Source of the DNA: Candidatus Altimarinota bacterium
GTDB lineage: Bacteria; Patescibacteriota; Gracilibacteria; UM-FILTER-43-11
Assembly (NCBI GenBank): GCA_028281045.1
Contig: JANQKP010000009.1
Span: 129,673-193,672, forward strand
DNA length: 64,000 nucleotides
Reading direction: 5' to 3'
Below the pieces are notes generated by a model. The model saw nothing but the letters and a program-made list of their open reading frames with translations. It had not been told where the DNA came from and made no database searches. Position 1 is the stretch's first letter. The number at the start of each line of letters is the position of its first letter. The translations under genes and the position numbers were made by a program. This document shows, in pieces, positions 24,256 through 32,340 of this stretch.

Positions 24256-25911
24256 ATGCAAAATAAAAACCAAAAAATAACATCGGTTTTAGTAGCACTT
24301 CTTGTGTCTACAGCTACCCTTATGGGTGCTGTGGCTACAACAGTGCAAGCAGCGACTACGACTCCTGGTACAATTGCGTATCAAGGGCGTCTTTTAGATT
24401 CTTCTAGCGACCCCCTAGCGGGAAGCTATACGTTCCGTTTCTCTATCTGGAGTGACGCAGATTCTGATGCTACAGACTATCTTGGTTCTGGAGCCATTGA
24501 TCCTGCAGCTACTGGATACGAAGGATGGACTGAAGAACACGCGGTAACCACAGATGCTTTTGGTCTATTCGACGTAGATCTTGGTTCTATTTTGACACTT
24601 CCTAACTTCACTGCAGCCACTCACACCTACCTGCAAGTAGACGTAAAAGTAACTGGAGCAGCAGACACCACGTACGAGGTGCTAGATCCAGATACTTCAA
24701 GCGCTGTGATTGATCGTAACGTTCTACACAAGAAAGCTTACGCGGAAAACGCAGACACGGTAGATAACGCCGACGTAGGTACTGCGGCTGGAAACCTAGC
24801 CACTCTTGGAACCGGAGGCGTATGGGACATTGCCGTTATGGGTTCTGGAACGAACGCAGACACGTTCATCATCGATGATAACGACGATGGCGCAACGTCT
24901 GGAATTCAGTTCGGTTCAGATGGGACCGATGGTTCAATTACGTTCACCAATGCTACTGGTGATATCACAATTACCACTCCAGATGACTCTGATCTTGTGA
25001 ATATAGATAACGCCACGTTAACTTCAACCTCTGACGCCGGTCTAGACTTTGGAACTTCAGATACCTTCCGCATTCGTGAGGCAAGTGACCCAAATACAAA
25101 TGCAGCTTGTACGTATGTACGTGAGCTCATTATGAACACTGCCGATGGCATGCTTATGCGTTGTACAGGAGTTGGAGTAGCTGGAGTAGCCACTTGGACC
25201 AACATAGATACCACAGGAGGTTCTGTGGACTTTGAAGGACTATTTGCTAACGATGCAGATGACACGCTAACGACTTCAAATTCAGACTTCACGATTAACT
25301 CTGGAACAGGAGATACAATCATCACTTCAAACGACTGGGGAGTAGATGCTAGTGGTAACATCACCACAAATGGAACGGTAGATGGAGTAGATCTTCAATC
25401 GATTCCATTTGCGAATCTAGCCACCCGCGCTAAAGAGCTTGTATTTAGCCCTGAATATCCGAATTTTGCTGTAGAACAAGACGGAACAGCGAACAAAGGA
25501 AAAATGGAAGTATTCTTCGTAGATGACGGAGGTGCTGCGAAGCGTAATTACTACAACTTCACGACTAGAAATGGGTCTATCCAAGACATGTACGTAACGC
25601 TTTCATTCCAACTGCCTCTGGACTTCGTTTCATTCACAGGGGCTCCGCTGAATGTGAACTACCAAACAAGTGATGGGGTGATTACAACCAATCAAGTTGA
25701 TATTGAGCTGTACGACACAACCGGAACCGCTGTTGCTCTAACAGGAGGTTCTGACCTAGCTAATGCCGCTTGGACCAATGCTGCTATTACTTTTGGTGGA
25801 GGTGAAACCTTTACCGCTGGTTCTACAGTAACCATGAAACTACTACTTCAATCTACAAGTAGTGGATTTGCTCGTATTTCAGACATCGTCTTTAACTACA
25901 ACGGACGCTAG
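24256..25911 (+). CDS. secreted fibre-like surface protein (551 aa)
   Basis: Signal peptide (…TTVQA). N-terminal 'IAYQGRLLDSSSDPLAGSYTFRFSIW' unit typical of tail-fibre-like proteins. FRIRE…C…DT…C…W module. The C-terminal ~170 aa are homologous to 26201-28339. Confidence 0.8.
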   Translation: MQNKNQKITSVLVALLVSTATLMGAVATTVQAATTTPGTIAYQGRLLDSSSDPLAGSYTFRFSIWSDADSDATDYLGSGAIDPAATGYEGWTEEHAVTTDAFGLFDVDLGSILTLPNFTAATHTYLQVDVKVTGAADTTYEVLDPDTSSAVIDRNVLHKKAYAENADTVDNADVGTAAGNLATLGTGGVWDIAVMGSGTNADTFIIDDNDDGATSGIQFGSDGTDGSITFTNATGDITITTPDDSDLVNIDNATLTSTSDAGLDFGTSDTFRIREASDPNTNAACTYVRELIMNTADGMLMRCTGVGVAGVATWTNIDTTGGSVDFEGLFANDADDTLTTSNSDFTINSGTGDTIITSNDWGVDASGNITTNGTVDGVDLQSIPFANLATRAKELVFSPEYPNFAVEQDGTANKGKMEVFFVDDGGAAKRNYYNFTTRNGSIQDMYVTLSFQLPLDFVSFTGAPLNVNYQTSDGVITTNQVDIELYDTTGTAVALTGGSDLANAAWTNAAITFGGGETFTAGSTVTMKLLLQSTSSGFARISDIVFNYNGR

Positions 25912-25920
25912 TGAGTATCG

Positions 25921-25950
25921 CAGTCTGATGCTTACTTGGCATCAGACTCT
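25921..25950 (+). terminator. stem-loop after 24256-25911 (no U-tract)
   Basis: AGTCTGATGC-TTACTTG-GCATCAGACT, nested in an outer GTGAG/CTCAC pairing (25912-25960). Confidence 0.35.
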
Positions 25951-26200
25951 GGTTCTCACCAGAATTTAATTCTTAATTTATACGCCTATGTAACATGCAT
26001 GACGGCTGCAATAGCCTTACAATTGCTAGATGACCTTGGAGGCAAACCAAGAGAATCGAAACCAACATCGTTCAACCCTTATATATATGTATATATGTAA
26101 AGGCTGGACACAAGAGATCTTACCAATTAGATCTCAACCGAACTCCATCGGAATGCAAAAACGGAGAGAATATTTATTACTTATTTAACACTTTAATAAA

Positions 26201-28339
26201 ATGAACACGCTAAATAAAATTACGCGTCGTATCAGCGGTCTAATGGCTGTCCTTATGCTCACTATGAGCTTCTCAGGACATGCTCAGGCACGTATTCTCT
26301 TCCAAGATGACACCTTCCATGATGTGGAATCTGAAGGTATGATCATCAACTTCGATGACGGAGGTGACGAAGATGTAACGTTACAATTCGGTAACGATTC
26401 AACTGACGCCTCAATTCGTTTCGATGATGGAGACACAAGTCTACATTTCGAGAATACAGAAGTAGACTTCTCTACGGTAAATAACTTCCGTATTAGAGAA
26501 GATGCTGACCCTGCTACGAATGCAGCTTGTGATCACCTAGGTGAACTTATTTATGACACTGGATCAAGTGAGCTTCAAATTTGTACCGTAGTAGGTGCTG
26601 CTGGGGCTGCAACATGGTCTGCCGTTGACTCTCCTGCTGGTGCAGTAGATTTCGAATCTGTTTACACTACAGATGGAGATGACACGCTTACTACTTCTAA
26701 TGGTAACTTCTCTATTGCCGCTGGTACTGGAGACGTTAATGTTGATGCAGACTCTATCTCTCTAGATGGGACTAACGCTTCAAACCTTTCAGTTGCTACT
26801 GATGCTGCTGCTGAGGATCTAACCATTGAAGTAACTGGTGCTACTAACTCTAGTTTAGTACTACAATCTACTGGTACCGGTACTGATGCTATCGATATTA
26901 ATTCTACCGCTGGTGACATTGATATTGATGCTTCAGGTGATAACGCCATCACTATTGATGCGACTGAATCATCTAACTTAACCGTTACTTCAGATGCAGC
27001 TGGTGAAGATCTAACGATCGCACAAGCTGGTGGTACTGACTCAAGTCTAGTACTTAATACATCTGGTACTGGTACTGATGCATTAGACATTAATGCTACA
27101 GGTACTGGTGGTGGAATCGATGTAGATACCACTGACGGTGCTATTACTATTAATGCTGCTGGTGGGACCAATGGTGATGTAACTATTGGATCTGCTGACG
27201 ATACAGCTATTACTTCTGGTGGACTTGTAGACATTGATGCTACTGAAGCCCTTTCTATCAACTCTTCTGGTGGAGTGATTAACATCGGTGACGATGCTGT
27301 TGCTCAAAACATCAACGTTGGTACTGGTGCTGCTGCTAGAACCCTTAACATTGGTAATGCTACTGGTGCTACCGCTGTTAACATCGATGCAGGTACTGGT
27401 GGATGGAGTATTGACGGTGCTGGTGCATCTAACATCACCACAACTGGTGCTGCTTCTGATATCACTTTCGCTTCTGGACGTGACATCATCTTCGATGATG
27501 ACAACCTAACGGGTACTGTTGTACTTAGTGTGGCTGATTCAGATTGGGATGCTGACTTCACTGGAGACGGGATCATCGACAACATCAATGATGTTGCTAC
27601 TGCTCTAGGAGCTGATGGTCTTACTTCTCTAGCGTTTAACTTCACTGAAGCAAATGTACTAGCAGATAATGATGCTGTTTACGCAGCTCTTGAAAAACTA
27701 GACCTTAGATGGGGAGACCTTGCTTCTACCGCTAATGGTGAAGGTGCTTCACTAGTTGGAATTGAAGATTCAGGAGGTAACTTCACAGCTACTAACGTAG
27801 AAGGTGCACTTAGTGAACTTGCTGCTGATATTGGAAACACTTACGATCAAATGGTATTCGAACCTGAATATCCTAACTACGTAGTATTCCAAGACGGTTC
27901 TGCTAACAGAGGTAAGCTAGAAGCTCTTTATGACTCTACTAACCGTGAACACTATTACACTTGGACTACTCGTCAAGCTGCTGATCAAGACGTAGATATT
28001 CGTTTCAGATACGAACTACCTACTGATTGGAATGCTACTGGTAATCTAGTGATCCGTTTCAGAACAGGTCTTACTACTGCTGCTAATAACACGCTTGCAG
28101 TGACTGTTCGTAATGATACCGATGACACCACTTGTCATGCAGATGCCGCTACTGCAGGTACTGTAGCTGATACTTGGGAAGACCTAACCATTACAGCTGG
28201 TGAAATTAATACTGGTTGTACTGCTGGTGCTGCCCTTGCTGCTGGAGACACAGTTGAAATTCAACTGAAACTTCTTGCAGATAATACAGCTTCTGCTAAG
28301 ACAGATGTTGGTACAATTGACTGGGATTATACTAAATAA
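26201..28339 (+). CDS. secreted beta-helix-like repeat surface protein (712 aa), AHA-RILF family
   Basis: Signal peptide ending GHAQA|RILF. N-terminal LQFG module. FRIRE…C…DT…C…W module. About 300 aa of T/D/G/A/I-rich short repeats. The C-terminal domain is homologous to 24256-25911 (VFEPEYPNYVVFQDGSANRGK…). Confidence 0.8.
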   Translation: MNTLNKITRRISGLMAVLMLTMSFSGHAQARILFQDDTFHDVESEGMIINFDDGGDEDVTLQFGNDSTDASIRFDDGDTSLHFENTEVDFSTVNNFRIREDADPATNAACDHLGELIYDTGSSELQICTVVGAAGAATWSAVDSPAGAVDFESVYTTDGDDTLTTSNGNFSIAAGTGDVNVDADSISLDGTNASNLSVATDAAAEDLTIEVTGATNSSLVLQSTGTGTDAIDINSTAGDIDIDASGDNAITIDATESSNLTVTSDAAGEDLTIAQAGGTDSSLVLNTSGTGTDALDINATGTGGGIDVDTTDGAITINAAGGTNGDVTIGSADDTAITSGGLVDIDATEALSINSSGGVINIGDDAVAQNINVGTGAAARTLNIGNATGATAVNIDAGTGGWSIDGAGASNITTTGAASDITFASGRDIIFDDDNLTGTVVLSVADSDWDADFTGDGIIDNINDVATALGADGLTSLAFNFTEANVLADNDAVYAALEKLDLRWGDLASTANGEGASLVGIEDSGGNFTATNVEGALSELAADIGNTYDQMVFEPEYPNYVVFQDGSANRGKLEALYDSTNREHYYTWTTRQAADQDVDIRFRYELPTDWNATGNLVIRFRTGLTTAANNTLAVTVRNDTDDTTCHADAATAGTVADTWEDLTITAGEINTGCTAGAALAAGDTVEIQLKLLADNTASAKTDVGTIDWDYTK

Positions 28340-28438
28340 TTCCTAGCTCTATAATTGGTACTTAGACCCCCCGCTTCCTTATGGAAAAGCGGGGGGAAGT
28401 AGTACTCACTATCGAGCTAAATTGATACCAAAATGAAG

Positions 28439-28464
28439 CCTCGCCAAAAATGGCGGGGTTTTTT
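28439..28464 (+). terminator. intrinsic terminator after 26201-28339
   Basis: CCTCGCC-AAAAAT-GGCGGGG followed by TTTTTT. A second 10-bp GC hairpin without a U-tract precedes it (CCCCCCGCTT/AAGCGGGGGG, 28367-28396). Confidence 0.75.
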
Positions 28465-28479
28465 AGTACAAAAATTGTG

Positions 28480-28508
28480 TTCAATTATAGGTGAAAATTT
28501 GGTAAAAT
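28480..28508 (+). promoter_or_regulatory. possible promoter of 28524-30215
   Basis: TTCAAT, a 17-nt spacer, then TGgTAAAAT (28503-28508). Confidence 0.4.
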
Positions 28509-28523
28509 GCATAGTGGCTAACC

Positions 28524-30215
28524 ATGCTTCAAAAACAAAAACTAAAAAAACAATTCATCGGCCTTGTGATTTTGGCTTTGGTAAGCGCTTTATCGCCAAA
28601 TTCAGCCCATGCAAGAATCCTGTTCGTGGATGATGTTTTTGAAAACAATTCCGAGATCTATGAAATTGGAGCTAATGATGATGCCGCAGGAACCAATTTA
28701 ACGCTGCAATTTGGAGGAACCAACGGAGAAACTCTAAATTGGGATTCTGGAGATAGTCGTTTTGAACTCAGTGATGACTTTGGAGTAGAAGGAACCACCC
28801 TGTATTTAGATGCCTCAAATACCACTACAGATAATGACGTGGACATTATTGCCAACCAAGGGCTAGATGCTAACGGAACGCTGAGATACAGCGCCACCAA
28901 TGACCGATGGGAGCTGAATAACGATGGAAATGGCTTTGTAGGAATTGCCAGTAATTTAGATGACGCTTATAACTATTTTGGGGCGAACGCCTCTACAATT
29001 ACCGTAGATGCCGCCGAGTCTCAAACCGGTGGCTTGCAATTTGTGGGGTCCCTAGCAGGAGATGAAACCGTAACCATTTCAAACAGTGGTGCTGGAGGAG
29101 GACTACTGGTAGAAAACACGGGTTCTGGGACCAGTTTCCAGGTGAATGACGTCGCATCAGACACTACCCCATTCATCATCGATACCGATGGAAGCGTTGG
29201 AATAGGGCTAACGGATCCTACTCAAATTCTTGAGGTTCAAAATACAGGATCTGCCTTTAACGAAGCAGCCTACGCAACAACCAGAGTATCCACCACGGGA
29301 ACGGGGGCTGCAGGATTTGGGCCTTCTATTTGGCTCGATGGAGACTCTTACACCAGCGGAGGGAACTTTATTTTGGCGGCCACGGCAGGATCTGATGTTT
29401 CTGGTGCAGGAAACTTTTTAATCTATGATTTTGGAGCCGCCACGGGACGCTTTACTATTGATGCTGCTGGAGAAATTGGAATAGGTGGAGAACTTGCTCC
29501 AGCCCATGCACTAGACATCACCGGAACAGGTGAGGTGATTGAAATTGGAGATGGATCAGCGAGTGATTTTATTATTAACTTCACCGATGGAACCGATAGA
29601 AATCTAGGCTGGGATGACTCCGAAGGTTCATTCTCTACTTTTGATAATGAACTTAGGTTTAGAACCCGGCAAAGCGCTACACCACCAGTAGCCTGTAGCT
29701 CCACGGTAGCCGGAATGCAGTGGATGGATACCGATAACGGAGTCACTTACAGCTGTGATACCAGTAATAGCCGCAACAAGTGGCTTTCTATGCAAGAATT
29801 CGTGATGTTTGGAGATGAATCTGGAACCTGTGACGCCGGGAATGACCCCAATAATGACGCCGATTGTAATGTGGACTGGGGGAATGGTCTGGGACCAGAT
29901 GGGGCCACGAATCTAGGGTTTTATATTCCTCAAAATATTACCCTTACAGGGTATGGATTCTCGGCCGATAATGATGCCTGTACCAGTGGTAATTTTGACC
30001 TAGAAGTGTGGAGCACTGGAAGCAATACAGATGATAACACCTACACCTTGGAGCAGACAGTAGCCGCTGCCCTAGACGGCGAAGCCCATAATTCTAATGT
30101 ATTAAATATAGATATTGCGGGAGACCAATACACTCTATGGGGACTTGATAATAATTGTGGCCAAGGAATCGATGACTGGAACGCTGTAATTTACTTCAGA
30201 TATCGGCATGATTAA
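28524..30215 (+). CDS. secreted surface protein (563 aa), AHA-RILF family
   Basis: Signal peptide MLQKQKLKKQFIGLVILALVSALSPNSAHA|RILFVDDVFENN. LQFG module. Cys-pair module (ACSSTVAGMQWMDTDNGVTYSCD). Cys-containing jelly-roll-like C-terminus. Paralog of 30363-32102. Confidence 0.85.
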   Translation: MLQKQKLKKQFIGLVILALVSALSPNSAHARILFVDDVFENNSEIYEIGANDDAAGTNLTLQFGGTNGETLNWDSGDSRFELSDDFGVEGTTLYLDASNTTTDNDVDIIANQGLDANGTLRYSATNDRWELNNDGNGFVGIASNLDDAYNYFGANASTITVDAAESQTGGLQFVGSLAGDETVTISNSGAGGGLLVENTGSGTSFQVNDVASDTTPFIIDTDGSVGIGLTDPTQILEVQNTGSAFNEAAYATTRVSTTGTGAAGFGPSIWLDGDSYTSGGNFILAATAGSDVSGAGNFLIYDFGAATGRFTIDAAGEIGIGGELAPAHALDITGTGEVIEIGDGSASDFIINFTDGTDRNLGWDDSEGSFSTFDNELRFRTRQSATPPVACSSTVAGMQWMDTDNGVTYSCDTSNSRNKWLSMQEFVMFGDESGTCDAGNDPNNDADCNVDWGNGLGPDGATNLGFYIPQNITLTGYGFSADNDACTSGNFDLEVWSTGSNTDDNTYTLEQTVAAALDGEAHNSNVLNIDIAGDQYTLWGLDNNCGQGIDDWNAVIYFRYRHD

Positions 30216-30277
30216 AATCAGACCTTAAAAGGGGTTGCTCACTATGCAAAAGTAGGGTTTAATCACTTCTTTCACCC

Positions 30278-30306
30278 TTAACTTTTCACCTTATTTATGG
30301 TAAAAT
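30278..30306 (+). promoter_or_regulatory. promoter of 30363-32102
   Basis: ACCCTTAACTTTT context. TTAACT (30278-30283), a 17-nt spacer, then TGgTAAAAT (30301-30306). The same -35 context occurs at 32240. Confidence 0.45.
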
Positions 30307-30362
30307 ATTAGGATATATTTTGATCAAATATAACCATAAATATCAAAAAGCAATTCATTGGC

Positions 30363-32102
30363 TTGTTGGTACTAGTCCTACTGAGTGGACTAATGCCAAA
30401 CCCTGCTCATGCGAGGATTCTCTTTGTAGATGACGTTTTTGAGAATAACTCTGAAACCTACGAGATTGGGGCGAATGACGATGCTTCCGCCACAGATTTA
30501 ACCCTGCAATTCGGGGGAACCAGTGGTGAAACGGTGCAATGGAATTCTACTGACGGAGAATTCGAAATCAGTGACGATATCCAAGTGGGCGGAAACATCT
30601 CTGCCAATGGAACCATTTTCACGTTGGATGTCGATAACGCTGGATCTGGAGCCAACATTGATATCGTGGCTGAACAAGGATCCGATAATAACGGAATCCT
30701 TCGTTATGATGCCACGGCTAATGCATGGCAAATCAGTAACGACGGTGGAGCCTTTGTAGGTATTGCGGGAAATTTAGATAATGCCTATAACCACTTTGGG
30801 GCAGCTGCCTCTACAATTACCGTAGATGCCGCTGAGTCTCAAACGGGAGGAATTCAATTTGTGGGGTCCCTAGCCGGAGATGAAACCGTGAGCATCACCA
30901 ATAGCGGAGATGGCGGAGGTCTTTTTGTAGAAAATACAGGCGCAGGAACCAGTTTCCGAGTAGATGACGTGGCTTCTGATACCACCCCATTTGTAGTAGA
31001 TGCTTCTGGTAACGTGGCCGTGGGAACCGCTACTCCAAGTAGTCTGCTGCATGTAACAGCTGCCACTGCAGGAGATGCGATTATTACCGTAGAAGCAGAT
31101 ACAGATAATAATGATGAGGCAGATAATCCAAGTATTCTATTCCTTCAAGACGGAGGATCTCAAACAGGAACCTTGGGAATAGGTGGGGATGCAGATGTTG
31201 CATTCACAGGCGCTCTATCAAACGCCTTTTATCTACATGCGAATGATACAGGTGGAACAACAGAGTATGTGCAACTTGCCACGGCAACAGTTGCCAGAGT
31301 AACCATTGATGAAGTCGGTGAGGTAGGAATAGGAACCAACGCTCCGGCCAACTTATTGGATGTAGAAGGAAATGGCCAAGTGTTAGAACTTGGAGACGCT
31401 ACAGCCAATGACGTTATCATCAACTTTGATGATGCCACCGATAGACAGCTTGGATGGGACGACAACTACTCTGGAACTCATACCGATGGTACATTTTCGA
31501 CCTATGATCAAGAGTTTGCCTTTAGAACCATTCAAAGTGCCACCCCACCGGTCACCTGTAGTGCTACCGTTGCCGGAATGCAATGGATGGATACCGATAC
31601 CGGTATTTTATACATTTGTGACACCAGTAACAGCCGTAATAAATGGCTTTCTGTAGAGGAAAATGTAATTTTTGGGGATGAGTCTGGATCTTGTGGCTCA
31701 GGAGCAAGTCCAAATAGTGATACAGACTGTAATGTGGACTGGGGTAATGGTCTTGGGCCAGATGCAGCCACTGATCTTGGGTTCTATATACCAAGAGATA
31801 TCACCATTACAGGTTATGGCTTCTCAGAAGATAATGATGCTTGTACCAGCGGAAGTTTTGACCTAGAGGTATGGGGTACGGGAAGCAATTCAGACGATAA
31901 TAACTATGTAGACCCTGCTGTAGCGGCAAGTGGAGAGAGTGCTGATGTAGTTACGGGGCTAGATAACCAAGCTCATGGAGCTGGAAATCTTAATGTGGAC
32001 CTTGCTGGAGATCAGTTCACCCTATGGGGAATTGATAACAATTGTGGCCAAGCTATAGATGACTGGAACATGGTTGTTTACTTCAAGTGGAGGCACGACT
32101 AA
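30363..32102 (+). CDS. secreted surface protein (579 aa as tracked), AHA-RILF family; true start probably upstream at a non-canonical codon
   Basis: The tracked start is TTG. The in-frame upstream codons (stop at 30321) encode …NIKKQFIG, which is homologous to the n-region of the 28524 paralog, but they contain no ATG, GTG or TTG. ATA 30336 and ATC 30342 are the candidates. Confidence 0.8.
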   Translation: MLVLVLLSGLMPNPAHARILFVDDVFENNSETYEIGANDDASATDLTLQFGGTSGETVQWNSTDGEFEISDDIQVGGNISANGTIFTLDVDNAGSGANIDIVAEQGSDNNGILRYDATANAWQISNDGGAFVGIAGNLDNAYNHFGAAASTITVDAAESQTGGIQFVGSLAGDETVSITNSGDGGGLFVENTGAGTSFRVDDVASDTTPFVVDASGNVAVGTATPSSLLHVTAATAGDAIITVEADTDNNDEADNPSILFLQDGGSQTGTLGIGGDADVAFTGALSNAFYLHANDTGGTTEYVQLATATVARVTIDEVGEVGIGTNAPANLLDVEGNGQVLELGDATANDVIINFDDATDRQLGWDDNYSGTHTDGTFSTYDQEFAFRTIQSATPPVTCSATVAGMQWMDTDTGILYICDTSNSRNKWLSVEENVIFGDESGSCGSGASPNSDTDCNVDWGNGLGPDAATDLGFYIPRDITITGYGFSEDNDACTSGSFDLEVWGTGSNSDDNNYVDPAVAASGESADVVTGLDNQAHGAGNLNVDLAGDQFTLWGIDNNCGQAIDDWNMVVYFKWRHD

Positions 32103-32213
32103 AACCCACCTCAAAAGGACTTGCATAAAATAGATTTTATTTTATGTGTTTTTTGGCTTAAATAAGCCAAAAAAACGGGTTTCATAATGATTTGATAACA
32201 ATTCCACGTTTCA

Positions 32214-32236
32214 TCCCCTATTTTAGGGGCTTTTTA
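32214..32236 (+). terminator. weak intrinsic terminator after 30363-32102
   Basis: CCCCT-ATTTT-AGGGG followed by CTTTTT. The hairpin core is the same as in the fusA terminator (CCCCTATTTTAGGGGCTTTTT). Confidence 0.45.
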
Positions 32237-32239
32237 CCC

Positions 32240-32268
32240 TTAACTTTTGGCCTATTTTCTGCTATAAT
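32240..32268 (+). promoter_or_regulatory. promoter of 32341-38508 unit
   Basis: TTAACT (32240-32245), a 17-nt spacer, then TGcTATAAT (32263-32268). Confidence 0.5.
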
Positions 32269-32340
32269 ATTTAGATTTATTAAACGCGTTAAAAAATCAA
32301 AACAAAACAGAAAATCATTGGTTTTCTTACCCTCGTTCTA

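Noticed and set aside
26030-26080. A tRNA-like T-loop (minus strand GGTTTCGATTCTC) in the 25912-26200 spacer.
   Set aside because: The flanking bases cannot form a T-stem, and there are no acceptor or anticodon arms. It is not a tRNA.
28433-28633. 66-aa plus-strand ORF preceding and overlapping the 28524 gene.
   Set aside because: It starts inside the 28439-28464 terminator hairpin and runs through the predicted promoter and the real gene start in another frame. Its basic, Cys-rich sequence is odd.
32150-32176. Hairpin TTGGCTTA-AA-TAAGCCAA as a terminator after 30363-32102.
   Set aside because: The T-tract precedes the stem and the A-tract follows it on both strands, the reverse of intrinsic-terminator geometry. 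The weaker CCCCT/AGGGG hairpin with a T-run at 32214-32236 is the better candidate.
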